Program-made: the position numbers and the translations under genes
Shown: positions 26,601 to 38,160 of the stretch, in pieces
Numbering within the stretch: the first letter of the stretch is position 1
How the letters are laid out: every line of letters starts with the position of its first letter
Notes under the pieces: model-generated
What the model was told of the DNA's origin: nothing
The model's input: the letters and a program-made list of their open reading frames with translations, nothing else
The model's database searches: none
DNA from: Lingula anatina
Lineage: Eukaryota; Animalia; Brachiopoda
Assembly: GCA_051362555.1 (NCBI GenBank)
Contig: CM120640.1
Span: 22,283,351-22,347,350 of the forward strand
Reading direction: 5' to 3'
DNA: 64,000 nt

Positions 26601-26657
26601 GACCTTTGTTGACGCCCTAGACGCCCAACGGCGTAATAGGAGATAGTAGTAGTAGTA
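23604..26657 (+). mobile_element. RTE-clade non-LTR retrotransposon, probably 5'-truncated, with TSD
   Basis: 12-bp TSD GTACGTTACAAA at 23592-23603 and 26658-26669, a single ORF, and a (TAG)n microsatellite tail. Confidence 0.93.
23635..26646 (+). CDS. APE endonuclease + reverse transcriptase polyprotein (RTE clade); first ATG at 23647
   Basis: 1003-aa uninterrupted ORF. APE motifs: GFWNVRTM, LGISE, YAPT, GDINA, NQIDH, SDH. RT motifs: QAGFR, FIDFEKAFDS, GVRQGCVLS, FADD, YLGS. RTE-type C-terminus: RRWKWIGHVLR and GRPKTTW. Confidence 0.97.
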   Translation: MSTYMTDSGQIHLETTAMKMGVLHTKTKTRIGFWNVRTMYEAGKLAEIITEMERYKLHILGISECRWTGSGRQKAATGETVIFSGREDGQHHEGVAIILRKEVTHSMLEWEPVNSRIIRVRLKGNQVNLTVIQCYAPTNDREDDVKDNFYLSLQATIEKVPQHDMIIVMGDINAKVGSKQFEDDRVRGKHGCGEINANGERLVDFCNVNDLVIGGTLFPHRLIHKLTWTSPNGRDKNQIDHLMINGKWRRSLLDVRVRRGADVGSDHHLTEAFIRLKLKKSGPQQKVRKRFDVERLKDTKIKEQFTVHLKNRFKVLEDLEIQETPPGQVDYLWNEVASTYKQCSEKYLGYRTRTKKEWMTPTTWRAIESRHSTKKKLLDAKSERLIERYQEEYREAHKIVKRLVRTDKREFLDQLALSAEEAASRNEQGTVYKITKVICGKMSTKSNNSPVADKNGTLLTKEEDIQKRWTEHFTETLNRPPPTTQANIPEAAEDLDIDINTPTKTEIIKSIKSMKNRKAPGNDNLNAELFKASPEIAAAFLEPLYTAIWKEEKIPNSWNKGIIVKIPKKGSLRDCNNWRGKTLLSIPSKILCKIIANRISDAVDKELRKEQAGFRKGVGCTDQIFALRNIIEQCTEWQRQLFINFIDFEKAFDSIHRDSLWKILRNYGVPPKVVRMIRCFYSHFCCCVGETNMSFKVQTGVRQGCVLSSILFNLAIDWVMRRTTEDTSRGIRWTLYSTLEDLDFADDLALLSHTHQHIQEKTDILNIFSQQIGLRISKKKTEVMALNIQSPPPVEVEGCILNNTSCFTYLGSIVATDGGTSRDVNNRLTKARNAFKSLNKIWKCSQYSIKTKLRIFESCILSTLLYGSECWRITEEDIKKLSTFHTSSLRKILKIFWPRTISNDDLLKQTNQRSISEIIRTRRWKWIGHVLRKDPNSTTKVAMYWTPEGHRKRGRPKTTWRRTVEAELKQLGESWGTIQHLARDREEWRTFVDALDAQRRNRR

Positions 26658-27386
26658 GTACGTTACAAAGACCAAAGCCGAAGAAGTTTACGTTTATTTT
26701 GAAATAGTTTACTTATATCTATTCAGATCTCCATGTCGTTTAAACTCTTTGTCGTTTAGAATTATGTTCTTTTCGTTATCTTATCTTAGTTCTAATTTTA
26801 TTGCATTGGGATATCATTTTAAATTCGTAATTAAAACATTGTTTTGACATTTCAGAACTGCCAACTCTGCAGTGATCCCGCGAAATGCACGAGCGTCTCA
26901 TTGATAGAATCTTCCAAAGCCTTCTAGTCGTATTTTGGAACCTTACACGGGCACACACGCAGGCACTGACGTGCTCGAACGACCACGCACCGCACATGCA
27001 ATATGGCGAAAATGGGACATGCTTTTATTGCGACTTTCAAAACACAGTAATCGAGTATTTTAATATTCAAATTACACCTTAATTAGGACAAGCTATCGAC
27101 ACCCTTTCTAGATGTTGGTTTCTTTTGGTAAAAAGCATGGATGCTGGTATTAAAATCCAAATAGAGAAAGTATTAGGAAATAGTTCCAATGCAAACCAAA
27201 CCACGGCCCCGAAATGTCAATAATTCATATTTTATTATATTATATGACTATTATATTTCTTCACCATGATTTTCTGTCTCTAAAGATACCCTAAATAAAA
27301 AAATATCACACAAGAAGGACTTTGTTTTATAGTTTGATATGAGTTTGGTTTGTGTGAATGCATTGATGTGGATGACAGTTGAAAGT

Positions 27387-27850
27387 TGACAAGTGGGTCG
27401 AGTTTACTCCATATAAGGGGTTACAGGTGGGGCGAGTCCATTCATCTGAGGGGTGACAGGTGGGGCGAGTCCATTTCATCTGAGGGGTGACAGGTAGGGC
27501 GAGTCCATTCCATCTGAGGGGTGGCAGGTAGGGCGAGTCCATTTCATCTGAGGGGTGACAGGTGGGATGAGTCCATTCCATCTGAGGGGTGACAGGTGGG
27601 AAGAGTCCATTCTATTTGAGGGGTGGCAGGTGGGGCGAGTCCATTCCATATGAGGGGTGACAGGTGGGACGAGTCCATTCCATATGAGGGGTGGCAGGTG
27701 GGGCGAGTCCATCCAATTTGAGGGGTGACAGGTGGGGCGAGTCCATTCCATATGAGGGGTGGCAGGTGGGGCGAGTCCATTCCATCTGAGGGATACCAGG
27801 TGGGGCGAGTCCATTCCATTTGAGGGGTGACAGGTGGGTCGAGACCATTC
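27387..27850. repeat. G-rich minisatellite, 34-bp unit, ~13 copies
   Basis: Consensus GAGTCCATTCCATCTGAGGGGTGACAGGTGGGGC with scattered substitutions. It explains the repetitive minus-strand ORFs. Confidence 0.95.
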
Positions 27851-30507
27851 TTTTTGGGGAGAGCACACAAGTAAAATCACAAAATTACATATTAATACCA
27901 CTGCAATTAGGTGTATAAAAGAACACTATATTTTTAGTATTGTTTTACCAAGTTTTAAGGGGTTAAGACTTTGTATCATGCAGAAAAAGACATTAAATTA
28001 TTTGGCTAAAAAACTACATTTTTTACAATTTATTAAAAAGATTACCTTTTTGTCTGCACATTTGGGACTGTGTGGAAATAAATCTAGGTCACAAAATTTA
28101 ATCAAAAGATCAATATATTCTATTTATGATTTTAATGAGATATTTTCAAATTTATTGGAATATGCAGACCTAATTTTTGGGTGGAGTAAATTTCAACTGT
28201 TGCCTTTTCTAAAGTGTGTCATGATCTCTCATATTTGTTTTAATTTAAGATTGAAGTATTAATCTGATGAGGTCGTGAAATTTGAATAAATTTTCTGTAG
28301 CAAACCAGAACCCTTAAAACCTGGACCTATATTAAATTAAGAAAATTATATCCCGAAGGACGAACTTATTTAATCCAATAGATATAAAAAAAACCTTCTC
28401 TCCATATAATAAAATGTAGGGCAGATTTTCAAAAAGGCAAGATCGTAAATTCATAAAAATTATATATATAAATGTGGGCTGTTGGAAAATCCTGCGGATG
28501 TATTTTTTTAAATTCTCAACTTCAGTTATTTACAAAATACTGGGCATATTAACAAACCTTTTAAAACCTTCGATTTAAGACATCTTCTGTTACTGTAGAA
28601 ATCATCTATCCCAAACACAATGATTACAGATCATTTTTAACAGATTTAATTTGAAAGTGCACAGACAATAATCATATCTTCATAACTTTACCCCTAACCA
28701 TCTACTATTACTAATATTTTTATCATTATTTCATATCGAAATAAAAAAAACAAGTAATTAAAAACGTTTTTATTCAATTTTAAAACAAAGATGCATGGAT
28801 GTGCGTAGGGTTCCAGAACGTGAATGACCGGCTTGGTTACTAGCAGGCGGGTGTCGTGCAGTTCTCAGCATCTCAGTGGACTTCTGAAATGAGAAGGTAA
28901 TGTTAGCAATATCTGACTAAACGGGGAGACTCGGAAAATACGACCAATGCATTTTACATCTAAGAGAAGAGAATACTTGAAATGATGTGGGTGTTTACTG
29001 ACTTGTCCAAAGTTCAGGCTCAGATAGCACCCCAAAAAAGTAATCGATATCTATGTTGCCTAACACCAAAATTAAGACCTTAAGTTAGTAATAAAGATAT
29101 TTCAGGTGTTTTGCTTTGAAAAAATAAATATTGAAAACACTTCTCTAATTTGTGGAGATCATCACAAGGGACGTTTATTTATTTTACCTACTATGTTATC
29201 TTGTAATATCTAAAGTCGCTTTGCACCACGCGTTTGGGAGCCATATTTCGCTTTAGTTTAAATCATTTCCAGTATTTCAACACTGCTTACAAACATTTTA
29301 CAGGTACATGTATAATAAAATAAACAAACCTACAAAAACTGATTTTATATTTTAAACTATCGTGATTGTCGTAAAAGGAGACGTTTGAATTTTTGATAAA
29401 CTTTGACTATAAAATTGATGCACACGTTCATGGGGCACGCTTGTCTAAGAATCAAAAGCTCAGAACAGTGACAAGTACGGTATTATCATCTAAATCATTC
29501 TGTGATCTTTTTAGTGGTATGCCCATTTACTAATTTGCTTAATGATACTTTGAGTGACATAACAGAAACGGCAGGTAAAATATAACAAATAGTAGTGATA
29601 TACTAGTAAATACTTTTCGTAAATTTTCTTGCATTCTTCTACTCTTTCTATCAACTGACATAGGTTACTGATGAAAAAGTGATACTTACGAAACATGCAT
29701 TTGCTTCTACGCCTCATAAAAGCTCGACCTTGCAACTGCACCACACGTTGAACAACATTGCGTCTTCACCCAGCTGTGTCTTACTGCCTAGTGAGCATTC
29801 GGAAAAACAGATCGCACTACCGTGAGCAAGTTATTGTTATGCAAATTACAGACAGGTACGGCTCATTTTAGTCGAGGGACTGTGGATGAAACTGTTCACG
29901 AATGGTCACGGTCAAATGCAGTGGCGAACTATTACCCTCAAACATTAAAGAAGAAATGTCATACATATAAATATATGAAAACCCATATGCTTGTGCTAAT
30001 TCATAATTTTTACCTGGAGAACTTAAAAAAGTCTGTAATAATTTTGCATTTTTTGTTCGTGACAAAACCTTCTCCCGGCAACTGGTGGCGCCCAGTGAAA
30101 TCCAAGCAATCTGAAATTAAGGATTCGAGATCAGAGATGGACTCTCAGGGGAAGAGATCAATGTACTGCGGCAGTGCCGTACGCTTTACATAGAGGATAA
30201 TTTCTATCCTTGTTAATTCAGCCAAGATTACTTTTGCCACGGGCGTCGAATAAAATCAAACCTGTAACTGTAACTAAATTTATCAAAATAATAAAAAAAT
30301 GGTTTTAAAGTAAAAGTGACAGTTGTTTTGTGTCTTTAGTTAACTAGTGAATTTTCTTAACTTGTTATTCAGAAATACATTCCAATAAACTGAATTGCTT
30401 GCAAGGTCAGCTAACACTAGGATGAATAAGTTGCTGTAAACTTGATGGAGTTAACAGTTTTTGGTAACCTGTTATAGATAGACAGGTTGAGGTGACTGTG
30501 ACCTTGT

Positions 30508-30510
<3 letters not shown>

Positions 30511-30546
<36 letters not shown>
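30511..30546. repeat. (TA)n microsatellite
   Basis: Pure AT dinucleotide run. Confidence 0.95.
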
Positions 30547-30548
<2 letters not shown>

Positions 30549-30627
30549 GAACCTTGGAAGTTTAAACTTAAAGGCCATACATTTAAACCTATATTTAGCC
30601 ATCAAACATGTCCTACTGCCAAACACA

Positions 30628-30800
30628 TCCAAGCAAATTTCCCGTTGGGTGGGGTTGATATCACATTGTTTTCTGACGTTGATCCAACGTTGTTATCTGA
30701 GGTTGACACAACTTTCAAATCCAACGTTTATTCAATGTCCTTTCAACGTTATGGTTCAACGTTGTTTCAACGTTAAAACAACATAATTTGCCTGCTGGGA
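30628..30800. mobile_element. Degenerate MITE with internal CAACGTT repeats
   Basis: Imperfect ends TCCAAGCAAATT / AATTTGCCTGCTGGGA and repeated CAACGTT(G) motifs inside. Confidence 0.55.
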
Positions 30801-31013
30801 ATGGTGTACGGTTTTCCTTGTAACTTTTTCTTTGTCATCGTAAGTGGCCACGGTCTACGCGTCTTACGAACTACACCTTGATGCTTATTACAAAATTGGG
30901 TTGGAGTAAGTCGGCGATTAGAGCGATGCGGATTGTAGAACCTTCGGATAGTTGGTGTGTACCCGAAATGTTGTGAAATGCATCAATAAACTATTGAACT
31001 GAATAAACCACCA

Positions 31014-31218
31014 TAGGGGCGGATCCAGGATTATTTGAAGGGGGAGTCCGGGGCCCGAAATTTTTGATATTTTAGAGGGCGAACGGTGTCATTTCGTACG
31101 GTTTAGAACTATGATTCAGCTAGTCAAATTTCTAATTTTAAGAGGGGACCATTGGTGTGATTTTTTTCAGAAATCGAAGGGGTCATGACCATCTGACACC
31201 CCCCTAAAACCACCACTG
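31014..31218. mobile_element. Degenerate hAT-like MITE
   Basis: Imperfect TIRs TAGGGGCGGATCCAGG / CCTAAAACCACCACTG. Flanks AACCACCA vs TACCATTA are only partly similar. Confidence 0.55.
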
Positions 31219-32087
31219 TACCATTATCTAGGGTTCATTATTTCCGGGAAGGATTAAATTGACATCAATCAATACTGTAAGTAATGGATCGGCACTTGAT
31301 GAGGTTATGGGTAAAAAAGAAAATCCACAGGCGTCATCCACAGATTAGTACGCGTGAAGATCAAATACATGTACATGTGCTTCCACGCACAAATCATAGT
31401 AGGCGTTTAATTTACCAATATTGCACATTTGTGCCTAGCCTGCGACTAAAACTACATTGCGAAGCTAGCAAATATACAGACACTAAAGAAAAAATCCATT
31501 CCCATTGCTATAAGTTTTATTGGAACTTTCAGACTATTTACGTGAACGTCGCTAAAATACACTCAGAAATTGATACCTTTCATAAAAATCAACCGATCAT
31601 GCTGAGTTTCGACCTGAGCCTGCCATTTTATCAAATAATAAGAAGAATAGCTAATAGCAGTTTTGAAGTTAAACATAAATACGGTTTGACACTTGTAAGT
31701 TGAACAACAGGCGTATCGGACTTAACGACGCTGCCAAACATACAGACACCAAACAGCAAAACGTACTGCAAAAATATAAACAAACATTATTTTTGGAAAA
31801 TAAACCGGTGTGACGGAACTGAGAGTCCGGTGTGATACAGAGTCCCGGACTGTCAGATTCAGAAACCAGGGGTCCTGCTTTGAAATACAGGTTACCTCCG
31901 GACCCTGAATATTCTTAATATAGAGTGTCCTCCGGACTCTCTGTTATACCGGACCCTACATTCGCGCCCAGCAGACGCCCCTGCATTTTTAGGGCAGCTG
32001 AAGTGTGATAGCTGTGGAAACGGGCACAAAGTATGAGATTCAGTGGTCGGCTAATGTGGCTCAACTGATGCAACGTCCAAATCGAAA

Positions 32088-34893
32088 TTAACTGGCACTC
32101 TTTTCACCGCAGTATATGTCAGCAACAAGTCTTTCTATTGGTATGCTACCGATTGTTTCCTGGAAGAAGAGTTTTTCCACAAGCCTACCACTCACTACTC
32201 GCAGGCAGGGCAGAATAAGCAACAGTTTGCCAAATCTTGTCGGCATGAGTGGGTGTCTTTGCCGGCAGTATTCCCCAAGAAGAACTTGTGCCTGGTCCTG
32301 TAATCTTTCAATTTGATGCACATTGCTGATGTCGACCGTTTCTATAAAAATAAAACCCTTTATCAGTTTAGAAATGAAGAATCTTTTTGTTTTTAATTAT
32401 TTCTAAACAACTAAATCATCGACCAGCGGGTTCCAGATTTTTGTATTTTATACCTTGGTAATTTATGAAAGATAATTATTAAAGAAAACGAAAAAAAGGA
32501 AAAGGAATAATTTAGCGGTTTTCATTTTCTCTAAACGTATTTACTCTTTTCGTATGCTTTTACCAGTACCTGCAAAGGTAACTTAGCATAAACGTTCATT
32601 TCTTACCAGTTCTGAATAGCAATATGGCTTTCAGACAAGCGTACTCCGTTGTATCCAATTCCTGCTGCTTTAGACGCTCTACAATGTCCCGAATATAGCG
32701 TATTTCAGACAGAATGACTGCCATTTTGTCTCCCGATACCTCTTCTGGCGTGAGTTTGGCACATTCAAGGATGCAATGGACCTCTAATGGAATATTCCAT
32801 TGTGCCAGATTTAAGATGAACAGATCTTTCCAAGTGTCTCCCAAGAGGACTAACTGGAAAACAACGCAGACATCATTTATAACTAGTTTTAACGGCTCTT
32901 GAAAATCATCAAATGATCAGAAGCTTGACAGAATAACTTGACGTAAATGTGAAAAAAAATAAATAAAAAATAAAATAATAATACTAACACCCCTTTGGGC
33001 TCTAAGATAATGTTCAGGTTTCACAGAAGGAGGAAGAAGGTTTTGATTTTAAGACCAAAATTTTTGTTCTGCTTTGACACCAGCTATACCAATACAAATT
33101 ATGCAAAACAAAGCTTAAATATCCTCTACCAGAAACCTTCTATAGTTGTTTCAAAACTGAACGATCTGATAGCAGCTGAATAGTTTTCATTAGCACTATC
33201 ATTGCCAAACTATGCAACGGCTTTTAGTTTTACCTGATCTTTCTTCGAAAGCGTCCCAAATGCAGGTAGCTGCCTAATCCAGTTGACGATAGAGAACAGG
33301 AGGCGCGCGGTAATTTCTTGGAGTGATTCCCGGGCATATAACTGTGAGGGAACCCTGAAAGCCGATGGGTACTCCCCGTTCAATCCGCGGATGAGATCCA
33401 GCCGCAAAGCCTGGTTGTGCAGGGCCGGGGTCATCATTGGGCATTCTTGGGTCTGTTCAGCCGTCATAAGACCTTGTAGGAAAGTTGGCACTTCGCTGTT
33501 TGTAAGCGACAGTGTCTTCGCTGGGGGCTTGGCAACAACCCTCAAGTCCATGGGAATGTCGTGTATTTGTAAGGAGCTGCTGCTGGGGGGAGTCAAATTT
33601 GCGACATCCACGTAGACTGGGTAACTAGCGGTCTTCTCCTTAGGTTTTCGTGGTCCCCGCTCATGTTGTACAGCTAGAGGAGAAACGAAGTTCAAAATGT
33701 GGATGTTATTGTTTACCCTTTAAGAAAAGCTTTTAAAAACATATAACATTCTACTGTAGATCTTTCTCTGTGGATTTCAAATATTCTTTTTTTTTTCGAA
33801 ATAAAATGGAACTGAACACGGAAATGCTAGATTTTTTTAAAGTGCAGATTGCTTACTCACCATCTTTATTCATATCTGCTTCGAAGCACTTCCTAAGCCG
33901 ACATGCCCTGCACTGGTTCCTGTGCGTCTTGTCTATTGGGCACTTGCCATTCGTCTCTCCCTGCGCCTTACAAGTGTACATACGATTCCTGTGAATACTG
34001 CGCTTGAAGAACCCGGAACAACCTAAAACAGTAAAAATATTTCGGAACTGAAACTGGTCTGGATTGATAAGGATTGAAAAATCTTTGTGTTTGGAATAAC
34101 TCCAAGCAATTTCAACCTTTTTTGTCTTTTGTTATTGGAAAATAATTGATGTAGAAAGGAGTGTTTACCATCACATGTGTATATTCCATAATGTTTCCCA
34201 GAACTTCTATCGCCGCACACTTTGCAAGGAATGTCCAGAAGGCGCTCGCCTGGAAATCAATATAGAACATTTATTATGTTGTTCTGTTGATAAAATTGGT
34301 AGTGATTAATCTCTTTTCCTTGAAATTTCATTTATTTTCAATAAACAATGCAATCTTTATGATATGGGGACATCTGTTGTAGAATTATCACTACTGGAAA
34401 CTTTCCACTTCAGGCAAACCATCTTCACTTAATTGAAAGACGTTTGTGAGGATGCAGGATCAAAGTCGCTGGGAAACTAATATAAATAATCATTCTATCA
34501 CTATCGCTTTAAGGCAAGCTGGCTACTGTATGACTTATGATTTATGTTAGGAATGCAAAACGTATGGGAATCATTCTGAAATATTAATTCTAAAAATATA
34601 CTTTTCAAGAATTGAAAATGTTATTCTTATAATTAATTCTGTCAATATTTGAGAGACAACGTACATTGTGTATGCAACAGTTCCCTTTGTCTTTGTCGAA
34701 GTATATATAATAAACCTATAACGTTAATGTATGTTGCTGTATGAAGTTAAATATCACAAGAGTACCAACCATCAGCCACTAAAATCGTTCTTTTAGCATA
34801 TACTTTTTATAACCCAACGCTACAACATATTTTTGAATAAATAGATTATATAAATACATGTACATTACCTGAGCGCCTGTTCTCCGCCTCCAT
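32088..34893 (-). CDS. dsf: NR2E nuclear receptor, dissatisfaction-like (6 coding exons, ~402 aa)
   Basis: GT-AG exons 34893-34869, 34249-34169, 34022-33861, 33673-33234, 32853-32607 and 32341-32088 join in frame. The [48 protein letters not shown]...[13 protein letters not shown]...[12 protein letters not shown] (P-box CDGCSG) matches the DSF type. The LBD ends [11 protein letters not shown]. Orthology vs paralogy needs a tree. Confidence 0.9.
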
Positions 34894-35035
34894 AACAATG
34901 CTCAGCAGAAACTTGATTTCTGGAAGTAACACAAATATTCTCTTGTACAGTAATAGGCCCACCCGAAACCATTTAAACAATAAATTACAAAAAAAAATAT
35001 TTTTGGAAAACGCAACTTTCACACACGTTCACATA

Positions 35036-35380
35036 TATTTATATTTGTTATTCTGATCAATGTCCCAGACCTCTTTACGTGTTTGTCTTGTACAATCATT
35101 TTCCTGATCGGTAGATTACAAATTTCTTGTTCCTTCATTCGTAAACTCTGATAAGTCACCGAGTGCAACAGAAGTCACTTGGCAAGAGTTTCACGTTCTC
35201 TGGCCACTTTCTTCCCGCCCTCCTAACCCTCGAGGTCAGGTTCCAATGAATTTTTAATGCAGCACGTGGCGAGTGCCTTTCTAAGTGTGTTGTTGTGATA
35301 TGATAGTACATTGACAGAGGACCGATAAATCAATAGGAGTTTACCCGGCGACTTGGGTCACTGAGTTGGCAAACTGACTT
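35036..35380 (-). promoter_or_regulatory. Putative dsf proximal promoter
   Basis: TATAAATA on the minus strand at 35036-35043, GC box at 35214-35220, E-box CACGTG at 35263-35268, and AAGTCA/AGGTCA half-sites. Confidence 0.45.
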
Positions 35381-38105
35381 TTGGGGTACAGGCTTATTGA
35401 ATTTTGATACTCGCACTTACGATTGTCAGGTAGCGCACTCGATTATGTACATGCTAATTGCTTATGCTTATTTGATTAAATGTTTTATCAATTAACTTGA
35501 GAGAAAACTCACGAAATATCTCCGAAATATTGCTACGACGTGTAATCGATTGCCAAAGAAGAGAAAAATAATATGAAGAAAATGAGGAAATAAAATGATA
35601 AAAAGTATGTGTATGAAACATAACCAAAGCGCATCTTGCTGAGAATTTTTCACCTATGGAATAATTAAAAACAAAATCAGGAAAGGCAGATTTATGACGT
35701 CTTCACACAGCGCAGGTATTATCTTGCATTAGCGGCTATTACTAACGTAAGAGATTTTTCGAAAAATAATGATATAAAAACAATTTTCGTTCTTAAATAA
35801 TTGCTAATTGTACGATATCTAAACTCTTGTCATTGCGCAACAGTAAGTTCGGCAGTCACAATGTCTCTCGTTTCATTGAAGGGTTTTATTTTCCGTCGGG
35901 AACAAAACCCTGCTTCGTCCTGTTACGTAAATAGCGCGGTAATATTGCTTTCGTCAGCTGTTGATAAAGTAAGAAGATTTGTGCACGCCTAATTCGACTG
36001 GCACGTACTTCATAAGAAGCATTTGTTCGGTTTCTCGCAGTAGTCAAATTCCTTGCCTTTGGGCAGGATCATCAGAATTAACAAATCGATCAGAGTTTGT
36101 CAATTGATTTACACAATAAGCTATGAGGCTTATCATTAGCGAACTACTTAATGGTCAAGACAAAAAGACAAGAAATATTTTAAACAAAACGTCTGTTTAT
36201 TCAATTCTCAAATGACAATGTAGACGTTTACATTGCTGACTATAGGGAGAGACTTACGTCTGCTTAGGCTGAGCCCCTAGAGCAAAAGTCGAAAATATAT
36301 TGTTTATAAAAGATACATGTATTCGGATCAAATAGCAAAATAATTCAAAAAGAACAAAATGTGACTTCTAGCTAGAATCACAATACACGGCAAGTTAGGT
36401 GTTTCACAATTTGTGTTTTAAATTGACTCATTACCTGATTTTTAAATAGGGGGTTGGACTAGGGTAATTGTATTCTTATAATTTCTGTATTTACTTTCAC
36501 TTATCTGTTCTTTTTATTTAAAACGATTAGATCCCGACACCTTTCATATTTCATACGCTCTGATAAGACTTACAAAAGAAAAGGCTCCTTTTCTCCAGAT
36601 AAATGTGTTCGTTAAACGCACCTGCAGATTCGTTTTGCAAACGTGAAACACAAACTTACGGAGTTTTGAATTTATGCAATCCAGGATACGTTTATGAAAA
36701 TATAACTGATTTACGTTGGTAACTATGATACATGTACATTACATCAAGTAGTTAAATCCATGTATTTATTCACGTGTACAATCAAAATAAATTAAGACAT
36801 AATGTACATTACAAACTCGTATAGCAATAACTCTTCTCTATACATTTTTCATACTCTCATTCTTATAGTGAAGAAATCCTAACTCCATTACAGACTTCCT
36901 GGCAAAGGGTTGTTGGGGCAAGCTGGGTACATAAGTAAACTGAAAGGTTTAATAGATAAAAAGTAGATTCTTCTTCTTTTTTAGTTTTCCGTTTCTTTTC
37001 TTTTTCAGTTTTTGAAAAAAGTGTATAGAAACAAAGAAATATGAAAAAGCAAAGGTAAGCAGATCCTCCGGCAAATCTCATACCGTTGTCATTTTGCACC
37101 GTGTACCATGTTAACTTTGTCAAGTGAATTATTAGACCGTTTATCTAGTCGCCGTTGACTTTCCTGACTGTTCACGTCAACGTCCTAATAAGCATTGTGT
37201 GAAACCATTTGAACATGAGTCTCGTGAAAGGGCCATGAAAAGTCTGATTAATTCGTTTCCTGGTGTCAAAACAGCCATAAAAAAGTCGAAGGAAGCAATT
37301 CTATGGGGACAAAAATAGATGAGCTTTACACGCGCCAACTAGTTTGTGCTCCTCAGAGCGACGGGAAGTGGAATGTTGAACCAGCGTTTGTTCAACAGTC
37401 ATGCGTCTTGAAAGCTATCGTTAAGCGATAAAACGTGAGAATGATCAAATGAATTAGAAAGTAAACACAATTAATATGCTTTGAAATGTCAAAGATTATT
37501 GTCAATTAATCGCCCGTAAGGATACGCCACTCGAGATAAACCAGAAGACAATGTCAGTTTCTCGTCTCTTTTCTTAATCAAAGGAAAACGTGGTCATACA
37601 ACATTAGATCCGCAGAGAGATAAAAGCTTTACTTTTTTTGCCATTTCTATGAACAACGCAAAAAGTTAATAACATCCAAAAGCATTGTCTTTTTAACAGT
37701 CAAACCACTGTTATTCAACAACCACTGTTTCCACCAGGCACATTTGACGAAAATTACTCCAGGGAACTTTTAGAGCGGTGTAGGCTGATCGGTTAGACGA
37801 AAATTATTGAATAAATTTACACAACTTTACACGGCGTGCATAGCCTACTGTTTGCCATTCCATCACGCACAAAAATCAAAGCTTGCCAAGGCTTTGTCGC
37901 TGACTTGAGCCCGGTGGGCTGTGACCAGCGATTGTTGAGTAAAGTTTATCAGATATTTCTTGCGTAGCCGTAAGGAAGGCTTTTTAGAAGGAGGGGAGAG
38001 ATGCTGCTTAAAATGTGAAGGAAAGGGAAAAATCGAACTGAATGTTAGGTTTTGCCGTAAAATTTGTTAGTTATTGAAATATTTTATTTTTGCAAACTTT
38101 CGATT

Positions 38106-38106
<1 letters not shown>

Positions 38107-38155
<49 letters not shown>
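38107..38155. repeat. Poly-T tract (~49 nt)
   Basis: Homopolymer run; an A-rich tract follows at ~38281-38312. Confidence 0.9.

Positions 38156-38160
<5 letters not shown>

Noticed and set aside
27327-27901. Repetitive proteins (WTRPTCHPS...)
   Set aside because: They are translations of the 34-bp minisatellite in all three frames.
31822-31957. Imperfect CCGGAC-rich inverted repeat downstream of the dsf stop as a miRNA
   Set aside because: The stem is loose with a long spacer. It is more likely a decayed MITE and matches no miRNA I recognise.
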